In this document: in pieces, positions 21,862 through 34,885 of the stretch
Layout of the letters: every line of letters starts with the position of its first letter
How positions within the stretch are numbered: the first letter of the stretch is position 1
Assembly (NCBI RefSeq): GCF_964355755.1
Contig: NC_092672.1
Location: forward strand, 24,317,237-24,381,236
Reading direction: 5' to 3'
Source of the DNA: Antedon mediterranea
Taxonomy: Eukaryota; Animalia; Echinodermata
DNA: 64,000 nucleotides
The notes under the pieces: model-generated
What the model was told of the DNA's origin: nothing
What the model saw: the letters and a program-made list of their open reading frames with translations, nothing else
Databases searched by the model: none
Translations under genes and position numbers: made by a program

Positions 21862-22760
21862 TGCACAATGATATCATACAATATGATATAACTAAAATAT
21901 CAGTCCGATATCGGCAACTTCTCACACTAATGATATCATACAATATGATATAACTTAGATATCAGTCTGATATCGGCAACCTCTCACACAATGATATTAT
22001 ACATTATGATATAACTAAGATATCAGTCTGATATCGGCAACTTCTTACACAAATGATATCATACAATATGATATAACTTAGATATCAGTCTGATATCGGC
22101 AACCTCTCACACAATGATATTATACAATATGATATAACTAAGATATCAGTCTGATATCGGCAACTTCTCACACAATGATATCATACAATATGATATAACT
22201 AAGATATCAGTCTGATACCGGCAACTTCTTGCACAATGATATCATACAATATGATATAACTAAAATATCAGTCCGATATCGGCAACTTCTCACACTAATG
22301 ATATCATACAATATGATATAACTTAGATATCAGTCTGATATCGGCAACCTCTCACACAATGATATTATACAATATGATATAACTAAAATATCAGTCCGAT
22401 ATCGGCAACTTCTCACACTAATGATATCATACAATATGATATAACTCAGATATCAGTCTGATATCGGCAACTTCTTACACAATGATATCATACAATATAA
22501 TATAACTCAGATATCAGTCTGATATCGGCAACTTCTTACACAATGATATCATACAATATGATAAAACTAAGATATCAGTCTGATATCGGCACTCTTCTTA
22601 CACAAATGATATCATACACTATGATAAAACTCAGATATCAGTTTGATATCGGCAACCTCTCACACAATGATATCATACAGTATACATAATATAATTTAGA
22701 TATCAGTCTATCAGAAACTTCTCATACTAATGATATAATACAATGATATAATTCTGATAT
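21862..22760. repeat. About 61-bp minisatellite, about 14 copies
   Basis: Unit CACAATGATATCATACAATATGATATAACTAAGATATCAGTCTGATATCGGCAACTTCTCA. Confidence 0.95.
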
Positions 22761-22878
22761 GAAACTTTGAATTGTATGATATCATCCGATAATCTCAGAC
22801 TTACATCAGTCTCATACCTTGGGATAACATTTTATTTCATACCTCGCCATTCTCATTAAACTCTAACAAAATATATAT

Positions 22879-23200
22879 CCCAGTGGGCACAGAACATAAT
22901 TTCAACGTTTGAATCAACCTTAACATTTCGTTGATGTGTTGAAATGATGTTAACAGCGTATTCTAAACGTTGATTCAACGTTGAAATAACATTGTCTTTC
23001 TAACTAACCTTTTACGTTTATTTATCAATGTTAATTTAACGTTGAAAAACTGTTCAAATTTAGTTGACATTTTTGTCAAAAAAGGTTGAAGTTATGTAGT
23101 GTTTTTAACCAACTATTATGTTTGTTTGTTTATCAGTGTTATTTTAACGTTAATTTAACGTTGAAATTCATTTGACAATTTTGGTTAAAATGACAACATG
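22879..23200. mobile_element. Probable CMC/EnSpm-like transposon end
   Basis: CCCAGTGGGCACAGAAC start followed by many (T)AACGTTGA subterminal motifs; matching end not found. Confidence 0.4.
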
Positions 23201-24294
23201 GTTTTATATATTACACAGTATTTGTTTTAATACAAATGTTCTACATATAGTAATGTAGCCTATAGCCTATACCAGTTGTATTGAATCAAAATGACCTTTC
23301 ACGCAAGATCAAATTTCATAAGATACAAGATTGTCATTGGTTGGTTTCATTTTGATACACTTTTTAAACTGTTGTCAGTTGCTTGGTGTTGATGGTGGTG
23401 GTGTTGAGACAAAGACTCATCTTTTTGATAATTGTAAATACAGGTAAGAAAATAATCTTGTTTTTATTTAGTAATCTACTAATTTATAAGCGTAGTCCTT
23501 ACAGTTTAACTAGTTTACAATAATAACTATAGCCTTAGTCCACTTGGCTTGTGTTGTGATAATATGAAACTAACTAGAGCCTGGAAGGGTGCTGAACTCA
23601 ACTGTATTATAATTACTGGGTACTATGCCAAGGATAACTCTAGTACTTTTTTATGAAGGTTATAAAATGGTATGCTGTAGGCCTGGCTAGGCTGTCTGCA
23701 GCTCCTATAAACACATGCTAGGTATCACAGCTATACAATACACTCACTCACTTTCTTTTTTTTCAGATGTAGGCCTATAGCCTAGTAAGTAGCTAAGTAG
23801 GCCATAACAAGCCATTAGCTAGAAAAGACAGCAATGGAATAATAACTGTTTTAATACAGTTAACTGTAATATCTTCTGATATACGTTGACGGTTGTTTTA
23901 CATTAAAAGAAGTAATACACTGATACTGTTGAATGTATATGAGCTTTATTGAATTGAACTAATTTTGCTTGTCCGAAGACTGGAGAGAATTTGATAATCT
24001 ATTAACTGTTCACTGAGTTGGTATATTGTGGAATTTATAATTGTTCTAATGTGATTTCTAACGGGAGTTACTACAGTATAAACAAGTGTTGCTGTCCAGT
24101 TGTCCGATTTGCCCTAGCTTTCACTGAGGTGAAGGTGATGTGACATGATGTGCATCTAAATAATACAGATGACCATTGAGATAATATCTAATATGGGATG
24201 ATCAATGATTTCAGAAATAAAAGGTTGGTATTTAATGCTTAACTCATTGACTTGATAATATGTTGTGCAATAATTATTACACTGTTAATATTAT

Positions 24295-26017
24295 TGTGAT
24301 GAATTGAGTATTGAGGGCGCTGCGTAGTCATTCTGTAATTGGAATACAGGTGACACTGTGTGATAAAAGACCGTGCGTAAGCAGAGCGGGTCTTTTGTTC
24401 GTTTTGTTGGCTCTCGCTATGTTACTACAGTTTTGGTTGAGAGTTTGTTTAAGCTATTGATATGTTCTTATTTTGTAAGTACTAAGCTTGTATATGTATA
24501 AGCAACTGATTTACCATATGTTAACTATAATCATGCTTACAATTACAGTGGCGGATCTAGGGGGGTGAATAGGGTGGCTAGCCACCCCCCTTAATTCTCA
24601 AAAAAAAAAAAAAAAAAGATGCAACCTAATCGCGATTGACCGTCACTAGACGTGGATTAATCTTTTAATTAAGAAGAGTAGGCCTAACTAGCTATAGGCC
24701 CTACTAGAGCTAGGGTTAGCATTAATAGTTCTGTGTAAATAGGCCTACACAGTGAAAGAGCTAAAAGCTCAATTACTATTATGAATTCAAGAGTTTAAAG
24801 AGAAAACACGATTTACAATCTTCGGAAAATACCCATTTTCAAAACACACGCACTCCTAAAACTACCAGCGTCACGTTGTCAAGCTCGCTCCTCGTGTGAA
24901 TGCTGACGTCATCACTCTCCAAAATACACCATTTTCCATTGCCTGGTCCGTGTGTGCACAAGCGTTAGCGTGGTATATTTACACCCCTGAGTGGAGTGTA
25001 ATATCGGGAACTTTTTTCTCGCGCATGAAAGTTTTTTGTATAATATTATGGTATGCAGTATAAACGATAAAAATAAACGAGAAACATGGTGTTCTTTTAT
25101 TATTTTATAGGCATAAAATAAACATGAAATGTCTTGTATGTACACGGGACGGCCGAAAAAAGTATGTGGCGTATTTGGCGTTTTTTGATTTGTGTTAAAG
25201 ACACGGCGATTACTGCGATCATTGTATACCAAATTACATTGAGTTATTCACCCGGCTGTAGGGTATATATCTCTGAGGTTAACAGACCACCAAAACACGG
25301 TACACAACACATGCACTCTATCGAGTCATTTTCGGAGTACCGCAACCAAATGTTCATTTTGTTTGAAGGTTTTTCGATCAAAGTTTATTATTAGTTCGTC
25401 GAAAAAGATCCGTACAGTATTTAGGAAGGATGTATTTAAATTTACATTATGTAATATTTGTTATTAAGTGTGATGGAAACAGTTTCTCTAGCCTATTAAA
25501 CAGTGTGTAAGCATCTATTTTTTCAAAAATTTTCGGAAACTCGGGAGGGGGACACCCCCTCCCAAACCCTCCCCCGCTCGGTGCTACGCACCTCGTTTGC
25601 CACTTTCGTGGCCACCCCCCTCGTCAGATCCTAGATCCGCCACTGAATTAATGAAACTTGCATTTACAATATTTATCTTAGTTTTGCTCAGTCGGAAGTA
25701 TAATAATCAGGAGTTGTTATCTTGTTATCACGAGTTGATGCTGTGTCATACATACGTTGGTGTTGATAACTTGAGGTACTATTATATCGTGATTGTTCGT
25801 TGTTGTATTAGTGTTGTGAATTATTATATTATTACTTATTGTTATAACTGACTGTTAGATACAGTGGCAATTGTTATTTGTTATTCGTATTTTGCAGGGC
25901 TTAAATCTTATATCTTGAATCTCGAATGTTGAAGTACAATATATACGAAACTAATAAAATCGCACTGAAGGAAAGAAATCAAGTGTTTTCTCCTCTTTAT
26001 TTGTTCGGACCACGACA
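24295..26017 (+). repeat. 5' LTR (618 bp plus 1105 bp of insertion and TSD)
   Basis: Matches the 3' LTR except for the 24546-25645 insertion and about 2 substitutions seen by eye. Confidence 0.95.
24546..25645. mobile_element. Non-autonomous hAT-like element with 5-bp TSD (hAT5-like)
   Basis: AATTA|CAGTGGCGGATCTAGG ... CCTAGATCCGCCACTG|AATTA. The 3' LTR gives the empty site CTTACAATTAATGAAAC. Confidence 0.92.
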
Positions 26018-26021
26018 AACT

Positions 26022-26037
26022 TGGCGCTGCGAGCAGG
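26022..26037 (+). promoter_or_regulatory. Primer binding site (tRNA-Ser-like)
   Basis: TGGCGCTGCGAGCAGG, 4 nt after the LTR, complementary to a tRNA 3' end CCTGCTCGCAGCGCCA. Confidence 0.8.
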
Positions 26038-26432
26038 GTACCAAGCATCAAGCATCAAGATTGAAGAGGACCAGTTACCGGAATCTAGGCTCTCAAGTTA
26101 TGAATGGAGATAAGAAGATAAGAACATTGATATTTATATATGAATGTGTTGATTATAATTTTGATACTTATGAATGTGTTGATTATAATTTAACATTTGG
26201 GAAGTTGACCATATAATTTAAATTGATAATTCTAATAATTGGTGTGACATGTGTGACATATAATACTCTTGCTTGGAATTATAATCATTGAAAAGTGTGG
26301 ATCTGTTAAAATATATTGTTGATATGTTATCTGCGATCAATTGTTTATATAGTACCTTATAGATTGGTTTATGAATGATCGTTGTTCGTATATTCTTGAT
26401 TTAAACTCGTTATATCATCTGTGTATATTAAT

Positions 26433-29400
26433 ATGGCGAAAGCCGAGAAACCCGATACTGAGACCACAGGAATTAATAGTATGATTGCTGCGCTTACTGA
26501 TGTGTTGAAAGGTGTGGGTGTTCAAAAAGTTCCTCCTCCTATTAAGTTGGCTAAATTTAGGGGTCGTCCAAAATCCCCTGGGGATGTCACGTTGCGGGAA
26601 TGGCTCGAAGATTTTGAGACATATTGTACACATTATAATCTAGGTGGGGACGTAAAATATGATGCCCTAGTAAGTCACTTAAGGGGATCGGCTAAAGACG
26701 AAGTACATTACCAAATGTCCATATTGGGTAAAGGCAAAAATGTTAAAAAGGCCATTCAAGTGTTACAGACTACCTTTTCTCCAGATGAATCCGTATCGGT
26801 TTTAAATACTTTGTTTTATTCTCGTAATCAGTTGGATTATGAAAGTGTGGCCGAATATAGTTTAGAGTTAATGAAAATTTATTCGCGATTATTGGAAGCT
26901 TCTTTCCCCAATGAACAGAATGCTCTCAAACATTTACAGGACTCCACACTCAAACAGAGATTGGTAGAAGGGGTACGGGATCCACTCGTTAGGCGTGAAA
27001 TGCGCAGAATTGAATTGGCGTCTAGGGGTAAATCCTTTATGGAAATGAGGGAGGAAGTTCTTGAATTGTTTAAAGGCGAGACATCACGGGGTTATAGACC
27101 GAAAGTCCAGGGTGTAGATTTTCCAACAAATTCTTATTCAAACCAATCTGAAAATTGTGAAATTAAAAAGGAGTTAAAGGTTCTTAAACAACAGCTAGAT
27201 CAACTTCAACATAGTTTATGTAAGTTTTCCCAAAATACTACTAATAATTCTTTTAATAGAAGTGGGCCCCGTCGTTGTTTTAATTGTGGACAATTTGGTC
27301 ATAATAGAGATAATTGTGAAATGCCTCCAGGTCTCTGCTGGGAATGTAAAAAGGTCGGCCACTTTGCTGCAAAATGTCCAAGTAGAGTTAGGAAGTCAAA
27401 GCCCGAACCATCTACAGATAATCATAATCTAGGTTCTGTTCAAATCCCGGTTGTTTCTGTGGAAGACAAAATTATTCCCCCTAATGATTTACGAGAGCCC
27501 TCGGAATCCTCTTTGCTTAGCCGTTTAGTTGCCCGAAGCCCTTGTGCTGTTATAAAGTTTGGTTCAGTTGAATTGGGTTCAGTTCTTGACACAGGAGCGG
27601 AAGCATCTATCATTCCTTCTTCAATTTATCACAGAATTCTAAAATCTGAGCTGGGTGGTTTACACAGTGCAGACAAGTTATTTACCAATGTGATTGGCGT
27701 CTGTGGTGTTGAAGTTCCGATTGAGGGCTATGTTGAAGTTCCAATTGAAATATTAGGGCACAATTTGTTGGGTAGTTTTCTCATTGTTTCTGATAGTGCA
27801 TGTAATAACAATGTTTCTTATCCAATTTTGACAGGATGTAATATTTTACGTTATATTCAAGATGATCCGAGAATTCTGGAAACCTTGGGTAAGGTAGTTG
27901 GTGCGAAAACAGCTTCGCCTTGTACTGGTAGGGCTGAGGTAGTCTTGAGAGTTAATGATGAGCAATCCCAAATTTTTGTTTCTTTAAAGCACTTTAATAC
28001 AGCTGTTCCAGTGGCTTGTGATAAGTTACATGAAGTCAATGTGTGTTCAAGTGTTTTGTCACCGGATAATGTGTGTTCCAACGGCTCTGAGCTGGTTGAT
28101 GGTAATTATCCGTCTCATAAACGTAGCATTGTTGCAGAATCTGAGTTGATCTGTCCTCCGGGTTTACTATTGAAAGGCTTACCTAGAGATAAGGAGCGCA
28201 AAGTTTTGTTGCTGTTAAATAATTACAAACATGTTTTCTCTACAGGTCCCTATGATGTTGGGAAGTGTGATGTGATACCTCACTCAATTTCATTAATTAG
28301 TAACAATGTACCTATTAGATTGCCATATCGTAGAGTCCATCCTAATAATATTAAAGAAGTTAAAGCAATGCTACAAGAAATGCTAAATCAGGGTATTATT
28401 AGGCCTTCAAAAAGTGATTACGCCAGTCCCATCGTTTTGGTTCAGAAAAAGGATAATTCTTTGCGTTTGTGCATAGATTATCGCAAATTGAATGGGCGTA
28501 CTATGAAAGACTCATTTCCCTTACCTAGAATTGATGAGGTACTTGACGTTTTAACCGGTTCTCGTTGGTTTTCAACCTTTGATTTGGCACATGGGTTTTT
28601 TCAAATAATCATGGCTGATGATTCTATTGGTAAAACAGCGTTCCGGGTGCCGTAGGGATTGTATGAGTTTTTGCGGATGCCACAGGGTCTTACGAACAGT
28701 CCAAGCACGTTCCAACGCGTAATGGAGTATGTACTGGGTGACTTGAATCTCTCTGAAGTTGTTTTATATCTTGATGATATTCTTATCTTTTCAGCTACGT
28801 TTGATGAACATTTGAATCGACTAGATAAGGTGTTTAGTAGGTTAGCGAGGTATGGGTTAAAGGTGAAAGGAAGAAAATGTGATTTGTTTAGGGAAGAAGT
28901 CGCTTATCTGGGTCATGTCATTTCGAGTAAAGGTGTTTCTGTTGATGTAGGTAAGACTGATAAAGTCGTTTCGTGGCCTGTTCCAAAAAATGTTACTGAG
29001 GTTAAGTCCTTCCTTGGACTTGCCTCGTATTATCGGAGGTTCGTCCCGAATTTCGCTAAGATTGCATCGCCGCTCCATAATATTACCCATATGGCAGCAT
29101 CTCGGGCGGGGAATGGTCGTGCTGGAGTCGGTAAAGACAAAATAAGTACATTTCATTGGGGTTTACCACAACAAATTGCATTTGAAAGTCTTAAGAAAAG
29201 TTTAGTGACTCCACCTGTGTTAGCTTATCCTATTTTTGATAGAGAGTTCATTATTGAGGTGGATTCTAGTGGTAATGGGATAGGGGCATGTTTGTCTCAG
29301 CGGGACGATAACCAGATTCTTCATCCTATTGCGTACGCAAGTCGTGGGTTACGTGGATCAGAGAAAAGCTATGCTGGGCTATCTAGTTTCAAATTGGAAT

Positions 29401-31287
29401 TATTGGGTTTAAAATGGGCCGTTGTTGATAAATTTGGTTCTTACATTCAGAGTACTAAAGCTATAGTTTACACGGATAACAATCCTTTAGCATATTTGCA
29501 AACTGCTAAGTTAGGAGCGACTGAGTTAAGGTGGGTTGCTCAGCTTGCAATGTTTAACATAGAAATAAAGTATAAACCGGGTTCAAACAATAAGTGTGCG
29601 GATGCTTTAAGCAGATATCCGTTCGAAGAAGAGAGTGTAAATAAAGAAGCATTGGCGGCTGTTGCTTGTTGCTTGTTGGTACATGTTCGTACTGCTATTA
29701 TTGATATCCAAAATTCAGATAATTCAGTTTCTATGGCAAAGTCCCTTCTGGAAACTAAGTCTATTTCTTCTGTTTTACCAAGTTATACATTTCAGCAACT
29801 TACAGATATGCAGCAGAAAGATGATGAGCTAGGTCAAGTTTGGAAACTATGGAAGGCTGGATGGTGTAGGGAAAAGGATGGGCGTCCAGAAGCGGAGTGT
29901 GTATCTGGTTGGTTGCGTGAATGGTCCAATTATGTTGAATTTAATGGTGTTTTGTATCGGCAAGTAAAAGATCCTATTGTTATTTCATTCAGACAATTAC
30001 TAGTTCCACGTAATTTGCGTTCAACTTTAATTGAGCTTTGTCATGATAAGTGGGCACATCAGGGGGTTTATCGAACTTTGTCCTTGTTAAGACGGCGTTG
30101 TTATTGGCCGGGGATGAATAATGAAGTAAGACTTTACATTTCTCGCTGTGGTCGTTGTGTGCGTAGCAAATTACCCTCTCCTACTGTTAAACCACCACTT
30201 CGACACTTACTGGCTTTCCGTCCTCAGGAGATTTTGGCTTTGGATTTCTTAAAATTAGATCGGGGTAAGGGGGGTTACGAAGATGTTCTGGTTATGACCG
30301 ATGTTTTTTGTAAATTTTCTTTGGCTGTTCCATGTAAAAATCAAACAGCAATCACTGTTGCTAATGTGTTAAGGGATTCGTGGTTTGTACATTATGGTGT
30401 TCCTGATCGGTTACATTCTGATCAGGGTAAATCATTTGAGAACAACGTAATTCGCGAGATATGTAAGTTATATGGTATTAGCAAATCTCGTACTACTAGT
30501 TATTACCCTTCTGGAAACGGACAATGTGAACGATTTAATAAGTCTTTATGTGGATTGTTACGATCTCTGGATCCTAAAGAACGTAGAAGATGGCCTGAGT
30601 TAATTAATCACATTGTTTATAATCTATAATTCTACACCACATTGTGTTACAGGTGTCGCTCCGTATCTATTGATGTTTTGTCGAGAGCCATCTATTCCTA
30701 TTGATAGTCTGATTGGAAATTTGGATAATGATTGGTCGGAGGAATATTTGCAAAAAGAAACAAAATTGATGAAAAGAGCTTATGAGATAACATTGTCCAG
30801 ATTGAAGGCTGCAGCAATTCGTGAAGAAAAGAGGCATGTTGTTAAGATGCCTGTTGAGTGTCTTAAAATCGGTGATTGTGTATTGCTTAGGAGGGAATCC
30901 TTTAATTCACGTCATAAACTTGTTGATAAGTTTCATGATTCTTTTTATATAATTGAGTCGATTAATTCTACAGATGATGTGTTTGGTATTCGGCCAGTAA
31001 GGGGTGGTGAACTTAAGTATGTGAATAGACGGAAACTTGTTCTAGACCCATCCAATGGAGAAGATACATTGTATCCAGTTGGTCATTCGTTAGTAGATGA
31101 TTCCTTGGGTCTACCATTTCAATCCGAAGTATTAAGTGACTCTGATGATTCGGATGATTTAGAGGACATTAGATTCCATTGTGGGAATACACAAAGTGTC
31201 CGTTCTCCTCTGAGAAGGTCAACCCGTTCCACTAAGGGTATTAATAGTAATCCTCATAGACTTCCAATTTCTGTTCTAAACAAATAA
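26433..31287 (+). pseudogene. gag-pol: Gypsy gag-pol polyprotein with one nonsense codon and one frameshift
   Basis: Two CCHC knuckles (CFNCGQFGHNRDNC, CWECKKVGHFAAKC), protease LDTGA, RT (CIDYRKLN, YLDD), RNase H (EVDSS, TDNNPL), integrase (H..WAH..C..C, DF, SDQG, GQCERFN). TAG at 28653-28655 replaces an expected Trp; +1 frameshift near 30621. Confidence 0.95.
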
Positions 31288-31346
31288 ATATGGCTATTGC
31301 ATTTTTTTTTTATTGGAACTTTACTTTTGGGGGCAAAAGTACTTCC

Positions 31347-31358
31347 GGGCGGGGAAGA
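31347..31358 (+). promoter_or_regulatory. Polypurine tract
   Basis: GGGCGGGGAAGA immediately before the 3' LTR TG. Confidence 0.8.
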
Positions 31359-31976
31359 TGTGATGAATTGAGTATTGAGGGCGCTGCGTAGTCATTCTGT
31401 AATTGGAATACAGGTGACACTGTGTGATAAAAGACCGTGCGTAAGCAGAGCGGGTCTTTTGTTCGTTTTGTTGGCTCTCGCTATGTTACTACAGTTTTGG
31501 TTGAGAGTTTGTTTAAGCTATTGATATGTTCTTATTTTGCAAGTACTAAGCTTGTATATGTATAAGCAACTGATTTACCATATGTTAACTATAATCATGC
31601 TTACAATTAATGAAACTTGCATTTACAATATTTATCTTAGTTTTGCTCAGTCGGAAGTATAATAATCAGGAGTTGTTATCTTGTTATCACGAGTTGATGC
31701 TGTGTCATACATACGTTGGTGTTGATAACTTGAGGTACTATTATATCGTGATTGTTCGTTGTTGTATTAGTGTTGTGAATTATTATATTATTACTTATTG
31801 TTATAATTGACTGTTAGATACAGTGGCAATTGTTATTTGTTATTCGTATTTTGCAGGGCTTAAATCTTATATCTTGAATCTCGAATGTTGAAGTACAATA
31901 TATACGAAACTAATAAAATCGCACTGAAGGAAAGAAATCAAGTGTTTTCTCCTCTTTATTTGTTCGGACCACGACA
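31359..31976 (+). repeat. 3' LTR (618 bp)
   Basis: TGTGATGAATTGAG...GGACCACGACA. Confidence 0.97.
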
Positions 31977-32659
31977 TTATTTATATTCATTTATAATTTG
32001 AGACTTTATATAGTGATTGTGACGATTGTGTATAAATTATTTATGTATGTACAGTACTACATATTGAACTATTTATAGGCCATATATAACCGTTAAAATA
32101 AAAGTACTGTAGCCCAATGCTTATTTTAAACGCCCTCTATAATTACCGTACCTTTAGTTTTTAAAAGTATGGATACGGTACCGTATCTTTAGCCATAACG
32201 TATTATAAATACGAGATTAAATTATCTATTTTCAACGTATAATGTGGTTGGAATCTATAACTATTAACTTTAAATCTGTTAAAAAAATGTTTAAATTTTA
32301 AAAATATTACTGACCAAACTCTGTAGTTTTTCATAAAATAATTTTAAAATAGTTTTAAGTCCTTTTTCTAGGTACTACATATTGAACTATGTATAGGCCT
32401 ATGTAGATGTTTAGTAAAATCTGTAGCCCAATTCTTATGATGCTGTGCAGCTGCTGCACCCAGATCTCACTCAAGATATAAGTGTACAGTACTGTACACA
32501 ATTAAAGCTAGAAATGCTTTAGTCCTGTGAGTGGCCCGGATCTCGGCGAATTAGATTTGCTTTTGAAAGGGGGTGGCACATATTTCTCAAATTGGGTAGT
32601 GCAATAACTGATTTTTGAATAAAATGAAATATAATATATTATTTATTTTGCTGTTGCAG

Positions 32660-32862
32660 GTACAGTGAAACACTTCCACAAGGATGACAACATAAAAGTG
32701 AAGAGGGGAAAGGATTACATCAATACAACAGTAAAAATGGAAGCCGGAAAACAGATGGAGGTTTTTCTTTCAAATGCTGCGAGCAGAATTAAAAGAAAAG
32801 CAGCCCCACCAACTCCAAGACACACATGGAACTACTATTTTTTTTTAATAAAATCATTATAA
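32660..32862 (+). other. Possible terminal exon of a transposon accessory gene
   Basis: ttgcag| acceptor, then TVKHFHKD...EAGKQMEVFLSNAASRIKRK; weak resemblance to C-termini of EnSpm-associated accessory proteins. Confidence 0.25.
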
Positions 32863-33174
32863 CTCCGCTTTAACCACGTGCCGTAGATCCGATAAAATAT
32901 ACCAAAAAACCAACATAGAATAAAAACTTTTTTCAGCTTCCTTTTTAATTTTAATAGCCACTTTGATTACTATTTTTTGTTTAATCAAGATTTTAAAATA
33001 GCTTGTAATAATAAAATGTTACTTGCCTATTATTGCATTACTTGTACAGTATTTGGTTTATTTATGACTCTCGCGGTATGGGGAGGATGTTATTGAGAGT
33101 GTAACATCTAGTCCGCAAGAATAGGCACTAAATCAAGGATATTTCTATGGTATATTTATTATTGTTAAGCTCAC

Positions 33175-33750
33175 AGTGATCTCACCATGATCTCCTATGA
33201 TTATTTATTATAATTATCTCATGGCGACCTCATCAGGATCTCATTGTGATCTTACCATGATCTCATTAGTATCTCATGGCGATCTCACTATGATCTCATT
33301 ATTATCTCATGGCGATCTCACCATGATCTCCTTATTATCTTCATGGCAATCTCACCATGATCTCATTTTATGATATCAATTGCTGATATCACTTTGGTAT
33401 CTATTTGTGATTTCAAAATGATATCATAATTGATCTCTTGAATATCTCAGAGGCCGACATCAATGTTGAGATCGCCATGAGATCATTCTATGATAACAAT
33501 TGCTGATATCACTCTGGTATCTATTTGTGATTTCAATATGATATCATAAGTGATCTCTCAAATATCTCAGAGGCTGACATCAATGTTGAGATCAACATGA
33601 GATCATTCTATGATATCAATTGCTGATATCACTCTGGTATCTATTTTTGACTTCAATATGATATCATAAGTGATCTCTCAAATATCTCAGAGGCTGACAT
33701 CAATGTTGAGATCAACATGAGATCACTATGAGATCAAATTCTTACCTGGG
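33175..33750. mobile_element. CMC/EnSpm-like terminus with GATCTC/GATATC subterminal repeats
   Basis: Dense GATCTC repeats and about three 119-bp units, ending CTTACCTGGG (reverse complement CCCAGGTAAG). Confidence 0.5.
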
Positions 33751-34885
33751 AAGGCTGTCCGTTGATGGTTAATGAATAAAGAGCGATAGGATGATTTGGA
33801 AAATGGGAATGTCTCGTATGAAATCAACTAGCTCCTTCACAAGGTTGTCCGTTGATGGTTAATGAATAAAGAGCGATAGGATGATTTGGACAATGGGAAT
33901 GTATCGTATAAAATCAACCATAGCTCCGTCGGAAGGTTGTCCGTTGATGGTTAATGAATAAAGAGCGATAGGATGATTTGGAAAATGGGAATGTATCGTA
34001 TAAAATCAACTATAGCTCCTTCACAAGGTTGTCCGTTGATGGTTAATGAACAAAGAGCGATAGAAAGATTTGGAAAATGGGAATGTATCGTATGAAATCA
34101 AGCTCCGTCGGAAGGTTGTCCATTGATGGTTAATGAATAAAGAGCGATAGAAAGATTTGGAAAATGGGAATGTATTGTATGAAATCAAGCTCCGTCGGAA
34201 GGTTGTCCATTGATGGTTAATGAATAAAGAGCGATAGGATGATTTGGACAATGGGAATGTATCGTATGAAATCAACTATAGCCCCCTCAGAAGGTTATCC
34301 GTTGATGGTTAATGCATAAAGAGCGATAGGATGATTTGGACAATGGGAATGTATCGTATAAAATGAACTATAGCCCTCTCAGAAGGTTATCCGTTGATGA
34401 TTAATGAATAAAGAGCGATAGGATGATTTTGACAATGGGAATGTCTCGTATAAAATCAACTATAGCTCCTTCACAAGGTTGTCCGTTGATGGTTAATGAA
34501 TAAAGAGCGATAGGATGATTTGGACAATTGGAATGTATCGTATAAAATGAACTATAGCTCTGTCTGAATGTTGTTCATTGATGGTTAATGAATAAAGAGC
34601 GATAGGATGATTTTGACAATTGGAATTTATCGTATAAAATCAACCATAGCTCCGTCGGAAGGTTGTCCGTTGATGGTTAATGAATAAAGAGCGATAGGAA
34701 GATTTTGACAATGGGAATGTATCGTATAAAATGGACTATAGCTCCTTCAGAAGGTTGTCCGTTGATGGTTAATGAATAAAGAGCGATAGGATGATTTGGA
34801 AAATGGGAATGTATCGTATAAAATCAACTATAGCTCCTTCAGAAGCTTGTCCGTTGGTGGTTAATGAATAAAAGAGCGAAAGGAT
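33751..34885. repeat. 87-92-bp minisatellite, about 12 copies
   Basis: Unit AAGGTTGTCCGTTGATGGTTAATGAATAAAGAGCGATAGGATGATTTGG..AATGGGAATGTATCGTAT..AATCAACTATAGCTCC. Confidence 0.95.

Larger units (their letters stand above)
24295..31976 (+). mobile_element. Full-length Ty3/Gypsy LTR retrotransposon
   Basis: TG..CA LTRs, 4-bp TSD TTAT (24291-24294, 31977-31980), PBS, PPT, and gag-PR-RT-RNaseH-IN order. Confidence 0.98.

Noticed and set aside
28650-28660. Programmed TAG readthrough between the 744-aa and 656-aa ORFs
   Set aside because: The stop is inside RT at an expected Trp (FRVP-W-GLYEF), not at a gag/pol boundary; a nonsense mutation is simpler.
17922-34885. CRISPR-like arrays among the tandem repeats
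   Set aside because: Units are contiguous near-identical copies without unique spacers, there are no cas genes, and the context is eukaryotic.
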